Shown piece by piece: positions 47,889-57,363 of a DNA stretch of 64,000 bases. The stretch lies in the sequence record MW879341.1; one strand, 5' to 3'. A program made the position numbers and the translations under genes. The notes below the pieces were generated by a model. That model was not told the DNA's origin and searched no databases. It saw only the letters and a program-made list of their open reading frames with translations. Within the stretch, counting starts at the first letter, position 1; every line of letters begins with the position of its first letter.

Positions 47889-48567
47889 GCGTGTAGGTAT
47901 CGACATCGCCCTCGATGGTGGCGTAGTTCTCCAGTTAGACAAGATCAACGCGTTCGCGATGTATCTGTGGGTCTCTGGTGTGGCGTGGAGTCATGAAGGC
48001 ATTATGTCTTTCCATGGCCGCACCGTGGAACCATTCACGCTTTCTGATCCGACTTCAGCGTGGGGTCCTTTACAGACCAACCGCTTCCAGGTAATACATG
48101 AAGCAGGTCGTAGCGACGAGGTTATCTTTACCCTCGGTCCGCAGATTGATCAGTTTATCACCGTTGATCGTGTGGAACTCTACCTGGCGCTGAAAAACTT
48201 TGTGCTGACTGAGATCTCGGCACTGCTGGAAATCCCCGAGCAGTTGCAACCGTTCGCTTCCTGTAACGATGAAGGCATTGCGATTAATCAGAGTTGGCCG
48301 ACTGGTCACGAGCACGAAGGCGTGTCTATCGATGTCACCATCCATCAGGGTCACCTGAGCTTCACCCGCAATCTGCCACACGCATCCCGCTCTGAAGTTG
48401 CTAGCTACAATCTGTTCTTCAGCAACCAGAACCTGCCACGTCCTGCGCATATCAAATATCTGGGTATGCCAATGGCGCTGTACACTGGCGGTTATCGCGG
48501 TAAGGAAACGGAAGCCCAAGTTCTGGTGTGGCTCGGTGACAACAAACCTGTCTTGATGGAAATGTAA
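47875..48567 (+). CDS. hypothetical protein
   Basis: 230 aa. Confidence 0.7.
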   Translation: MKVTKRVGIDIALDGGVVLQLDKINAFAMYLWVSGVAWSHEGIMSFHGRTVEPFTLSDPTSAWGPLQTNRFQVIHEAGRSDEVIFTLGPQIDQFITVDRVELYLALKNFVLTEISALLEIPEQLQPFASCNDEGIAINQSWPTGHEHEGVSIDVTIHQGHLSFTRNLPHASRSEVASYNLFFSNQNLPRPAHIKYLGMPMALYTGGYRGKETEAQVLVWLGDNKPVLMEM

Positions 48568-49052
48568 TGAAATCTCTACTAAGCAGTATCATGCATGCAC
48601 CGGTAGCACATCCATCCAACTTTATCGATGAACCTGAAATCGCATTGGACGACTTAATCAATCGTCCTGGCATTCTCTCAGTGTTCCTGGCTAAACAGAT
48701 AACGGACATCAATGCTTTCGACGCTATTACTGAGGCCACCTTTAAACGGGTGGTCGATATCGCTAAGACAGCAGAGCGTGGTTGCGTTATGGGTGCGGAT
48801 GCGGCTGTCTACGACGACAGTACTCGCGGGAAACTCCACATCATCACTGGTAGCTATAGTGACGACGGTTCGTCTTATCGTGTCAACCACATCGACAACG
48901 GTGTGTCTGTTCGTAAAGCGATGTTCGGCACTACGATGGCACTGTTCGTTTCCGGTGAATCCCTCAAGCTCATGCGTCTGAAGATCGGTAGCCTGAGCAC
49001 AGTCGTTACTATACCTGCGGAGGTAGAAGAACATGCAGATACAGAAGAGTGA
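48567..49052 (+). CDS. hypothetical protein
   Basis: 161 aa, TAATG coupling. Confidence 0.7.
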   Translation: MKSLLSSIMHAPVAHPSNFIDEPEIALDDLINRPGILSVFLAKQITDINAFDAITEATFKRVVDIAKTAERGCVMGADAAVYDDSTRGKLHIITGSYSDDGSSYRVNHIDNGVSVRKAMFGTTMALFVSGESLKLMRLKIGSLSTVVTIPAEVEEHADTEE

Positions 49053-49503
49053 TCTTGCCAGTAAACCATTAAAGCCGCGTCTTGCGAGCATTGGTTTACT
49101 CTCACTGATCGAACCACGTCGTGTGCAGAAATTACTCTGTGTGGTCTCTGATGAACCAGGTAGTGATCTACCTACAGCGTTGGCTAACCACGAGAAACTG
49201 CTGGCCAGTATTGCCGAGTTCCGTCCGGTTGAACTGGTGCGCGATGCGGTAATGGAACGACTGGACTATGCTGACGATATGGATGTGGAGCAAATCCCAC
49301 TGCAAGTATCTCAGGCTATCTCAGTTCCGTCTAAAACCATCGGTCGTGTGTTTAAGTCGGTTCACTATCTCGCCGATGACGGTAATCCGTTAGGTTCCCG
49401 TACGTCTTTCATTGTTGATGTCGCAATCATCACCAATGCTGAAGGGTACCGTTTATTACGCGGTCCCCAATACCCGTCAGGCATTCCAGTGCTGCTTGAC
49501 TAA
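49033..49503 (+). CDS. hypothetical protein
   Basis: 156 aa, GGAGG RBS. Confidence 0.7.
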   Translation: MQIQKSDLASKPLKPRLASIGLLSLIEPRRVQKLLCVVSDEPGSDLPTALANHEKLLASIAEFRPVELVRDAVMERLDYADDMDVEQIPLQVSQAISVPSKTIGRVFKSVHYLADDGNPLGSRTSFIVDVAIITNAEGYRLLRGPQYPSGIPVLLD

Positions 49504-49526
49504 TTCCAAACCAAAAGGAGCAAACT

Positions 49527-50003
49527 ATGGCCCACGTTGATTATAACGTAGTGGTGCAAGAGCTGCTTAAAGGTCTAGCGCCTTTAGACAGTCCGATCGT
49601 TAAAGCTGCATGCATGACTCGCGCAGCTCAGCTGTCTGAATATCGAACAATTCGTTTCGGTGGTGGTCGTCAGACTGGTAAGACTAAGGCGGTGATTGAC
49701 ATTGCAGCCAAGTCACCAGACACGACACTGATCATCAGCCCAGACCGTACGCTGGGTAGCGATCTTGTTCGACGCTGGCGTGAAGAATGTGGGGACTTGC
49801 CATTCCCTACAATGTGGACCAATGCTTTCTATGATGAAAATGGTCGTCGTGGTCGTTCACCTATGATCGTGGACGGTCCGCACTTCGATACAATCATCAT
49901 TGACGAAGCGGGTCTTTACTTTGCCCACTATAAACACGCCTCTACCTATAAAGGGTTAGCCGGTGTGTCTCGTGATAATGCCGTTGTGTATCTGGTGGGG
50001 TAA
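49527..50003 (+). CDS. small P-loop NTPase (single helicase/terminase-like domain)
   Basis: Walker A GGGRQTGKT and Walker B IIIDEA. Confidence 0.75.
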   Translation: MAHVDYNVVVQELLKGLAPLDSPIVKAACMTRAAQLSEYRTIRFGGGRQTGKTKAVIDIAAKSPDTTLIISPDRTLGSDLVRRWREECGDLPFPTMWTNAFYDENGRRGRSPMIVDGPHFDTIIIDEAGLYFAHYKHASTYKGLAGVSRDNAVVYLVG

Positions 50004-50279
50004 GTGATGTCACAGAGTATCTTTCCAGGCAATTCAGCATTCGAACTGAAAGCCACTCACGGATTACCGTTGGACCAAGTCTTCCACGAGGTTCTGGTAA
50101 AACGCAAGATGGTGATTGATTGGGTTGGTTTCTTGAAAGCGGCCAGAAGTAATAACCGTTGGGACTTCCAGACGTTACCAGACATCGAACTCTCGTTGTC
50201 TGATGCTGGGGTTGATCAAGAAACTATTCAGGCTATCCTACAGCGCTGTAAGTTGTGGGTTCTGAATAACCCCATGTAA
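50004..50279 (+). CDS. standalone fragment resembling the alanyl-tRNA synthetase helical region
   Basis: GNSAFELKATHGLPLD...IDWVGFLKAA parallels AlaRS GxxAFxLYDTYGFPxD...VDxxGFxxA. Confidence 0.6.
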   Translation: MMSQSIFPGNSAFELKATHGLPLDQVFHEVLVKRKMVIDWVGFLKAARSNNRWDFQTLPDIELSLSDAGVDQETIQAILQRCKLWVLNNPM

Positions 50280-50285
50280 ATTATA

Positions 50286-50304
50286 GGCGGACTTCGTGTC
50301 CGCC
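50286..50304 (+). terminator. short hairpin
   Basis: GGCGGAC-TTCGT-GTCCGCC. Confidence 0.45.
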
Positions 50305-50320
50305 AGTTTAGGGATGGTAA

Positions 50321-51382
50321 ATGGGAATCTATTGGTTTCTAATCGTTGTGCCCTCTTTACTGGTAGTGTTGGTGAGTCGATGGATATGGCCACACCAAAT
50401 CACCCTTAAAGAGTGGGGATTGCAGTTTGGTGCTTTATTTTTGACTACGTTGATTTGTATCATGTTCCTGACTCTGGGTAAATATGCTCATCTGTCAGAC
50501 TTTGATATCCTCAACGGGATAGTAACAAGCAAAGACTCAGAACATGTCACCTGTGAGCACGAGTATGTTTGTGGGCAGACTTGTAGTGGAAGTGGTAAGC
50601 ATCGTTCCTGTAGACCGAAGTATTGTAAGCTACATGCTTACGATGTTGATTGGCACGTTGAGTCTACCGTAGGACAAAGCACTATCGATCGTGTGGACTC
50701 CCGTGGATTAACACCACCACCGCGTTGGTTAGAAGCAAAGATTGGTGAATTGGCTACCAGTGAAGAATCTGTTACCAGTTATCTTTTGGTTGATCCTGAC
50801 CGCTTCAAAACCACTGAGGCAATTCGTGCGAAATATAAAGACGTCGAACTCCCGGACTACCCGAGAGTTAAAGACTACTACCGTTTCGACCGTATTGTAA
50901 ATGAGACACCGAACGACTACAGCACTATCCGGGAGTATCTGGATAACGCGCTGAAGAATGACGGTGTTAAATACCAACTGAATGTAACAGTCCTCGTTAC
51001 GAATAAGGATGACGATTATTTCAATCTAATCAATGAATATTGGTCTGGTGTGCGTAAGAATGACGTGGTGTTGGTTTACGGTGTAGACGACGCGTCTAAG
51101 ATGCGTTGGTTCCAAGCAATGACGTACGGTGATGGACAGGGTAATCAAATCTTACTCTCCAAACTCGATACGTTAGCGCGTGGACAGACACTGGACCTGG
51201 AATTAGTAACAAAGCAGTACAGTGAAATCACTGAGGACTACAAACGCCTACCCGCTAAAACTTTCGCGTATCTGGAAGACAGTTACCAACCAGAGTGGTG
51301 GCAGGTGTTGTTATTTGTAGTTCTGAACTTAGCATTAAGTATCTGGGTGACCTGGTACTTAAAAGAAAACGATGTAGTTTAA
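50321..51382 (+). CDS. multi-TM membrane protein with a Cys-rich loop and a TPM-like soluble domain
   Basis: Two N-terminal TMs, CEHEYVCGQTC...SC...YC, WSGVRKNDVVLVYG, C-terminal TM. Confidence 0.65.
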   Translation: MGIYWFLIVVPSLLVVLVSRWIWPHQITLKEWGLQFGALFLTTLICIMFLTLGKYAHLSDFDILNGIVTSKDSEHVTCEHEYVCGQTCSGSGKHRSCRPKYCKLHAYDVDWHVESTVGQSTIDRVDSRGLTPPPRWLEAKIGELATSEESVTSYLLVDPDRFKTTEAIRAKYKDVELPDYPRVKDYYRFDRIVNETPNDYSTIREYLDNALKNDGVKYQLNVTVLVTNKDDDYFNLINEYWSGVRKNDVVLVYGVDDASKMRWFQAMTYGDGQGNQILLSKLDTLARGQTLDLELVTKQYSEITEDYKRLPAKTFAYLEDSYQPEWWQVLLFVVLNLALSIWVTWYLKENDVV

Positions 51383-51392
51383 AGGAAAAGAC

Positions 51393-51986
51393 ATGAACGA
51401 CCAGCAGAACAAAAAGAAAGGCATTAGCGGTTTAGTTATCGGCCTGATCATCATCCTCTCTTTGGTGGTGTTGTCCGTAGTGGGTGTGGTAACCGCTTAC
51501 GTCAGTGCTGCGAACTCAGGCGCGCGCATTGAAGCGAACATCGAGGCGTTGAACCAGGACAGTGAGAACGTGTTGTCTACTGTTACCACTAACATCAAAG
51601 AGCAAGCCGGTATCGTGGGCGTCTACTCCAAAGACTTCCAAGACTCGCTGGCTAAAGCGATGGGTGGGCGTTATGGTGCAGAAGGTAGTAAGGCTACCAT
51701 GCAATGGATTAAAGAGCAGAACCCTACTCTCGACTCCAGTCTGTATGCTAAAGTGCAGGACATCATTAACGGTGGGCGTAAAGAGTTCCAAATCTCACAG
51801 ACTCGTAAACTCGAAGTCTGCCGCGATTACAAAGCTCGCCTGAATTACGTTATCGGTGGGGCGTTCATGCGTATGGCTGGTTATCCTAAAACTGACCTGG
51901 CCAAAGAGTGTCGTGTCGTTTCAGACAGTGACTCTCGTGAAGCCTTTGACACTGGGCTGAACAAACCAGTATCTTTCAACCGTTAA
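51393..51986 (+). CDS. single-TM helical protein, LemA-like
   Basis: Basic N-terminus, TM, then helical body ending ...RDYKARL...FMRMAGYP. Confidence 0.55.
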   Translation: MNDQQNKKKGISGLVIGLIIILSLVVLSVVGVVTAYVSAANSGARIEANIEALNQDSENVLSTVTTNIKEQAGIVGVYSKDFQDSLAKAMGGRYGAEGSKATMQWIKEQNPTLDSSLYAKVQDIINGGRKEFQISQTRKLEVCRDYKARLNYVIGGAFMRMAGYPKTDLAKECRVVSDSDSREAFDTGLNKPVSFNR

Positions 51987-52002
51987 CTCGTCGGGGGGTT
52001 AA

Positions 52003-52476
52003 ATGGAAAACCTTGAACTGCGCAAATTCCTTGAACCGTACATTGGTGACTTACACGTAATGACGCCGGGTATGCGGATGGATACCAGGGCGCGTGTGGA
52101 AGCGTTAGCGCACTTCCGTACGGTAAAGAACACATACCTACAGCGCGAGAAAGCCAAACAGTTCATACTGGAGTTATCGAAAGTACACCCCAATGGTACG
52201 CTTTTGATATCTGGTAACCGTGACCTGTCTACACACTGGGCCATAGAACTGGCCCAAACTACGGTTAAAGGAAATAGACCAGCCCTGTGGAATGGTCCTT
52301 TCTATAATAACGGTGGTAAGCGGGGCAAGTCGCCGGAGAGTCTACTCAATGGTAAATACGATGTGGTTGTCTTCCTTGATTCAGATAACTACTTCGCTAA
52401 GTACATATCGAGTCGAACATACACCAACCTTGATCGTTTCGTTAACCCCGATGTAGTCATTTTGAAACTTAATTAA
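52003..52476 (+). CDS. degenerate paralog of the 49527 P-loop protein
   Basis: Shares FRTV/YRTI, TLLIS/TLIIS, FYxxxGKRGKSP and YFAxY; Walker A and B are lost. Confidence 0.65.
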   Translation: MENLELRKFLEPYIGDLHVMTPGMRMDTRARVEALAHFRTVKNTYLQREKAKQFILELSKVHPNGTLLISGNRDLSTHWAIELAQTTVKGNRPALWNGPFYNNGGKRGKSPESLLNGKYDVVVFLDSDNYFAKYISSRTYTNLDRFVNPDVVILKLN

Positions 52477-52480
52477 ATGT

Positions 52481-52507
52481 GGAGGACTTCGGTCCTCCCT
52501 TTTATGC
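52481..52507 (+). terminator. GGAGGAC-TTCG-GTCCTCC hairpin, copy 1
   Basis: Followed by CTTTTATGC; the same 18-mer occurs at 55185 and 62380. Confidence 0.75.
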
Positions 52508-52565
52508 AGTTTTAATTTACACCGTTTGTCTATCTATTGAATCGAAACACAACGGAGCATTATAA

Positions 52566-53441
52566 ATGAAAGTGAAGTTTGATGGTTGTTCAATTGAGTT
52601 GAAAACATTCGGATTCCCGGGTGGTGAGCGTCACGTTCGCCTGGAGAATCTGGACGACTACTTCAATGGCTGGGATCGCTTTCAAGATTCGGCGTCTATC
52701 GATCACGTAGAAGTGTTAATGGACTTCCGTGGTTCAGATGACATTGTAGACCTGATGTTGGTCACCGATGCTATCCGTCGTCTCCCGTTTGTTACTAAGA
52801 ACACAGTACACACGCTGGTCATGCCGTACATGCCGTTTGCACGTCAAGACCGCGCTGCTGAAGTCGGTGAACCGCACTCCGCAAAAGTCATGGGTACTGT
52901 ACTGAACCTGCTGGCGTATGACAACGTGGTTATTGGTGATGCGCATAGCGATGTCACTGGTGCTGTGGTTGACAACGTGCAGTTGGTATCTCAGGCCAAA
53001 CTCGTCAACCGTCATCTCGGTGGTGAGATTGTAGCAGGTGGTTGGGTACTGTGTGCTCCCGATACTGGCGCTACTAAGAAAGTAGACCAACTGGCGCAAC
53101 TGCTGAAAGTGGTTGATGTCGTACAAGGTGTCAAACACCGCGATACTTTAACCGGTAAACTCACTGGCTTCGATTGCTATGGTGACGTGTCTGGTAAGAA
53201 GGTCATGATCGTTGATGACATCTGTGACGGTGGTGGTACCTTCCTGGGTCTGGCACAGGTCCTGCGTGACAAAGGTGCTGTCAGTGTAGGACTGTTCGTT
53301 ACACACGGCATTTTCTCCAAAGGGTTGGAAGTGTTCGATGGGTTAATCGATCATCTCTACACTGTTAACGTGTGGTCTAACAATGCGGTAGCTACCCCTA
53401 CCAACAATCTGACAGTTTTCAAAGATAAGGATTTTAACTAA
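52566..53441 (+). CDS. prs: ribose-phosphate pyrophosphokinase-like protein (candidate NARP1 ADPR-PP synthetase)
   Basis: FPGGE, MPYMPFARQDR, DAHS, APDxGA, IVDDICDGGGTF. Confidence 0.9.
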   Translation: MKVKFDGCSIELKTFGFPGGERHVRLENLDDYFNGWDRFQDSASIDHVEVLMDFRGSDDIVDLMLVTDAIRRLPFVTKNTVHTLVMPYMPFARQDRAAEVGEPHSAKVMGTVLNLLAYDNVVIGDAHSDVTGAVVDNVQLVSQAKLVNRHLGGEIVAGGWVLCAPDTGATKKVDQLAQLLKVVDVVQGVKHRDTLTGKLTGFDCYGDVSGKKVMIVDDICDGGGTFLGLAQVLRDKGAVSVGLFVTHGIFSKGLEVFDGLIDHLYTVNVWSNNAVATPTNNLTVFKDKDFN

Positions 53442-55171
53442 TGCAGAACCTCGACCCGAAATACTTCACTGAAGACCCACTGGTATTCCTGCTGTGTGAC
53501 GCCTACAAAACTGGCCACATCAATCAACAGCCGGTTGGTACTCAGAGTTTCTTTGAAAACCTGACCGCACGTAGCCACACGTACTTCAACACCCCGCTGG
53601 ACTTTGACGGTTCTGTATTCTTCGGTATGCAGCGTCTGCTTCTGCGTTGGTTGGTTGGTAGCTTCTCGAACTTCTTTAGCAAGCCGTTTGATGAGTCTGA
53701 AGCCGAGTACCTTCAGTACATGGATGGTGTGCTGGGTAAAGGTGTGGTTAAAGCCGATCACCTGCGTGCACTGCACGAACTGGGTTACCTGCCACTGGAA
53801 ATCCGTGCTGTTCCTGAAGGTTCACTGGTACCTATTCGTGTGCCATTCCTGACCATCGAAAATACCGTTGACGGTTTTGGCTGGCTGACAGGTTACTTCG
53901 AAGACCTGTGGAGCAACGAACTGTGGAAGCCGTGTGTACTGGCAACCAAAGCACTGCACTTCCGCCGTGTACTGGAACAGTACGCTGCTGAGACGGGTGC
54001 AAGCCAGGGCTTCATTGACTATCAGTCACACAACTTCGCACTGCGCGGTATGTCTGGTATGTTCGACGATGCTAACAGTTCTATGGGTCAGCTGCTGTAC
54101 TTCAAAGGTAGTGATAGCTTCCCATCTATCTGGTCAATGAACCGTTACTACAACCTGGACAAAAGCGTCACCATCGGCGAGATCGCTAACTCCGTTCCTG
54201 CGACAGAGCACAGCGTTACCTGTCTGAACATTGCTGTCTATGCGAAACAACTGCGTGCCACTAAAGAGTACGCACTGGCCAGCGAAGACGTTGTACTGTC
54301 TAAGGCAGAAGAGATGTTCATGGCTCACCTGTTAGGTGTAGTGTATCCGTCAGGCGTGTTCAGTTTCGTATCTGACACCAATGACTTCTGGGACACCATC
54401 CGTAACAAAGCGGTGGCAAACAAAGCACTGATCATGGAACGCGATGGCAAAACTGTCTTCCGTCCTGACTCTGGTAACCCAACCCGTATCCTGGCCGGTT
54501 ATCGTTGGGATGGCGTACACTACGCTACCCGCTACGAAGCAGAGCAGAACGCTGACCTGATTCCTTACGAAGCTATCTACATCCACGATAAGTGCTATCG
54601 TATTGTAGAAGGTGAAGTGATTCCAGAGATCGACTACGAGCAACCGCTGGAGCTGCACGAAGTGAAAGGCGCGGTAGAGTGTCTGTGGGAGATCTTTGGT
54701 GGTGTGGTTAACGGAGCTGGCTTCCGTGAAGTCGATTCACACGTTGGCCTGATCTACGGTGATGCTATTACCCTGGTTCGCATGACCGATATCCTGAAAC
54801 GTCTGAAAGAGAAAGGTTATTGCAGCTCTAACGTCGTATTCGGTGTGGGTAGCTTCGAGTTCCAGTTCGTGACTCGTGACACCCTGGGCATCGCTATGAA
54901 AGCCACTGCCGGTAAAGTCAACGATGAGCACTACTCTATCGCTAAGAATCCGAAGACCGATGACGGTACGAAGAAGTCTGCGAAAGGGTACCTGCTGGTG
55001 ACCTATGGTGAGAACGGCAAGCTGGAACTGGTTGATAACCTGACCCGCGATCAGTACGAAGCCATGCGTGGTAGTGACATCGATGCAATGCGTACCGTTT
55101 ATAAAGACGGTAACGTGCTGGTCTTTGAAAATGTCAAGTCTATTCGTGAGCGCGCTGCTCAGTGGATCTAA
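53441..55171 (+). CDS. nadV: nicotinamide phosphoribosyltransferase-like protein (candidate NARP1 nicotinamide ADPR-transferase)
   Basis: DAYKxGH, PLEIRAVPEG, HNFALRG, SVPATEHS, RPDSG, GLIYGDAIT, FGVGS, FVTRDT, KxSAKG. Confidence 0.9.
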   Translation: MQNLDPKYFTEDPLVFLLCDAYKTGHINQQPVGTQSFFENLTARSHTYFNTPLDFDGSVFFGMQRLLLRWLVGSFSNFFSKPFDESEAEYLQYMDGVLGKGVVKADHLRALHELGYLPLEIRAVPEGSLVPIRVPFLTIENTVDGFGWLTGYFEDLWSNELWKPCVLATKALHFRRVLEQYAAETGASQGFIDYQSHNFALRGMSGMFDDANSSMGQLLYFKGSDSFPSIWSMNRYYNLDKSVTIGEIANSVPATEHSVTCLNIAVYAKQLRATKEYALASEDVVLSKAEEMFMAHLLGVVYPSGVFSFVSDTNDFWDTIRNKAVANKALIMERDGKTVFRPDSGNPTRILAGYRWDGVHYATRYEAEQNADLIPYEAIYIHDKCYRIVEGEVIPEIDYEQPLELHEVKGAVECLWEIFGGVVNGAGFREVDSHVGLIYGDAITLVRMTDILKRLKEKGYCSSNVVFGVGSFEFQFVTRDTLGIAMKATAGKVNDEHYSIAKNPKTDDGTKKSAKGYLLVTYGENGKLELVDNLTRDQYEAMRGSDIDAMRTVYKDGNVLVFENVKSIRERAAQWI

Positions 55172-55174
55172 CGG

Positions 55175-55210
55175 CATAAAACGAGGAGGACTTCGGTCCT
55201 CCTCTTATGC
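55175..55210 (+). terminator. GGAGGAC-TTCG-GTCCTCC hairpin, copy 2, with GCATAA/TTATGC arms
   Basis: GCATAAAACGAGGAGGACTTCGGTCCTCCTCTTATGC. Confidence 0.75.
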
Positions 55211-55229
55211 GGCTAATAAGGAATGTAGT

Positions 55230-55610
55230 ATGTCTGCACTCGATAAACTTAAAGTCTGGGTTGATGCTAATCCAGCAGCCCCGGACTGGTTCCAAAGAGA
55301 GTTCCCTGACGATATAAAGGATGAGTTGTCAGCAGAGTACCTCAAAGATCCAGAAGGCTTTAAAACGGCAATTAAGGATCATTACCAGTGGACTTATAAA
55401 GAGGCCAAGGATAACGACGACGATAAATACGGATTTATCCTTATTATCTGCACGCACCATGGTGAGGTTACAGCTTACGCCGATAAAGAAGTATTTAAGT
55501 CCATGGGTGAAAGCGTTAGCTTGTTCACTAAACTGAACGCAACGTGGTATGGTCGACTTTGGTTGAAGATCACCTTTACTATCTATAACTGGAGAAACGG
55601 TAACAAATGA
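55230..55610 (+). CDS. hypothetical protein with a C-terminal hydrophobic segment
   Basis: ORF 55068..55610; AAGGA RBS gives ATG 55230. Confidence 0.7.
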   Translation: MSALDKLKVWVDANPAAPDWFQREFPDDIKDELSAEYLKDPEGFKTAIKDHYQWTYKEAKDNDDDKYGFILIICTHHGEVTAYADKEVFKSMGESVSLFTKLNATWYGRLWLKITFTIYNWRNGNK

Positions 55611-56011
55611 AACTTAAAGAACTACGCCCAGAAGTATTCGGACTTTACTTAGATCAACCTCTGGTATTGGACGCTATGATCTCGTCGGCGATCCTGTTAA
55701 ACGAACGTGAGTTACTGTATCCGTTAATGGGTGACCTGGCGGCGCATGAAACATTCAATCAAGTGGATGGTGACGTTGATCGTTATGCCTACTGGTTTGG
55801 TGTCGGTGGTCATGTCAAAACCATGATGCCAGACCTACCACCGCCGTTAGACCGTAACGTGAACCCCATCGCACAGTACGAACCTGAAACTGTTAGCGAT
55901 ATCCTCCGCTATATCGAAGGTACTGCAACCAAGATGGGTAACGATACCAAAGCACTGCGTGAAGCTACCACACGCTTCTTTAAACTGTTTGGGAGCGCTG
56001 GGTTACAGTAG
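55607..56011 (+). CDS. hypothetical protein
   Basis: 134 aa, ATGA overlap. Confidence 0.7.
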   Translation: MKLKELRPEVFGLYLDQPLVLDAMISSAILLNERELLYPLMGDLAAHETFNQVDGDVDRYAYWFGVGGHVKTMMPDLPPPLDRNVNPIAQYEPETVSDILRYIEGTATKMGNDTKALREATTRFFKLFGSAGLQ

Positions 56012-56018
56012 ATCATCT

Positions 56019-56462
56019 ATGGTATCTATTAGACAACTGTCCGGACCGAGTGAGATGGGGTTGGTTTTACCGGCTCTATTAACTCTGGACCAGTACTATC
56101 CTAACATCGGCGATTGGTTTGAACGTAAGGTCCTCTCAGACTCCACAGGAAGCTCTGTAGCGATCGGTGCGTTTGAATCCGACACGTTGGTTGGGTTTGT
56201 TTTAGGTAAGCGTGGTGACGAGTCTAAGCTCCGCTGTGTGCGTGTAGCTGAATCTCATCAAAACTCGGGATTGGGTTTGAAATTGTTAGAACGCGGTATG
56301 GATTTGCTGGAATGCGAACAACCGCTGGTTACAGTATCCGAAGAACTGCTAGGACAGTACAGTAGGATATTCGTTAACCGTTACGGGTACTCACTCGACC
56401 AAGTAGTTAAAGGGGCTTACCGTCGTGGTAAGTTAGAATACGTATTTAATGGGGCACTCTAA
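56019..56462 (+). CDS. GNAT-family acetyltransferase
   Basis: KLRCVRVAESHQNSGLGLKL (acetyl-CoA motif A); likely start ATG 56019. Confidence 0.8.
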   Translation: MVSIRQLSGPSEMGLVLPALLTLDQYYPNIGDWFERKVLSDSTGSSVAIGAFESDTLVGFVLGKRGDESKLRCVRVAESHQNSGLGLKLLERGMDLLECEQPLVTVSEELLGQYSRIFVNRYGYSLDQVVKGAYRRGKLEYVFNGAL

Positions 56463-56975
56463 ATGTCACACAGTTTTGTAGCACTGAATAACGCAACTGA
56501 TGGCACAACTGTCGCGGTTGCAGAAAACAAGAGCGGTGATAGTGAGTGGTACGGGAGACCTTTACGTCTTCTCATTATCCAGGCACCGACTAACGACATC
56601 GAAACACATGTCAACGGTATTCTCGAACGTGGGGAGCAGTACCTTATCGGTTGTTCGTACACTGAGACTTATCGTCTCACTGCTCTGGTTGTACAGGAAG
56701 ATCGCACTGAGTTCGTCACTGTCCGACACGGTGTGGTGGCGATCGAGGACTCTCCTGAACATATGCTGGACATCAGTGATCTAACGACGACTATCGTTAC
56801 ACCGATGCTTATGGAAAGGCAGAGTAATTCACTGGTTGGTAAACTGACTAACCATATCGTATTAGGTTTGATGTCTGGCGTTACACCTGGCGATCTGTTT
56901 GATCGTTTCACACCAGCGGCACCTAAAAGCAAGAACGTCTTCATTCGCCTTTGGAGGGCTGTGTTCCATGACTAA
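56463..56975 (+). CDS. hypothetical protein
   Basis: 170 aa, abutting the GNAT gene. Confidence 0.7.
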   Translation: MSHSFVALNNATDGTTVAVAENKSGDSEWYGRPLRLLIIQAPTNDIETHVNGILERGEQYLIGCSYTETYRLTALVVQEDRTEFVTVRHGVVAIEDSPEHMLDISDLTTTIVTPMLMERQSNSLVGKLTNHIVLGLMSGVTPGDLFDRFTPAAPKSKNVFIRLWRAVFHD

Positions 56976-57363
56976 CGAAACCCGTGTTGAGTTAACTGCA
57001 CCTGCCGGCACCAACGTTGAACCACTTCGCGTAGGAAAAGGTGTGGGTGAGATTGGTGACACTACTGGCCCAACACACAGCTTCAGTGTAGTAGATGACC
57101 GTAATAAATCCCGTGACGACCTGCCGGTGATTGTTACTATCTTCGGAAACGGTCGACGTTATCCGTTGGAGCGGATGTTCATTGAGAAAGTGGTTCGTGA
57201 GTTTGATGACGACTCTGTAGCTGAATCTTTTGAAACCACGCTGCTCTATCTTGCGGAACGTTACGAGATTAGCGGTAAGATTCTGGTCTTGCTGTCTAAC
57301 CCGCCAGTCACTAAGAAAGGTAAACCTGTTAGGAGGTTACGTGGGACAAAAAAGACTCGATAA
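56968..57363 (+). CDS. hypothetical protein
   Basis: ORF 56899..57363; GGAGG RBS gives ATG 56968. Confidence 0.65.
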   Translation: MTNETRVELTAPAGTNVEPLRVGKGVGEIGDTTGPTHSFSVVDDRNKSRDDLPVIVTIFGNGRRYPLERMFIEKVVREFDDDSVAESFETTLLYLAERYEISGKILVLLSNPPVTKKGKPVRRLRGTKKTR

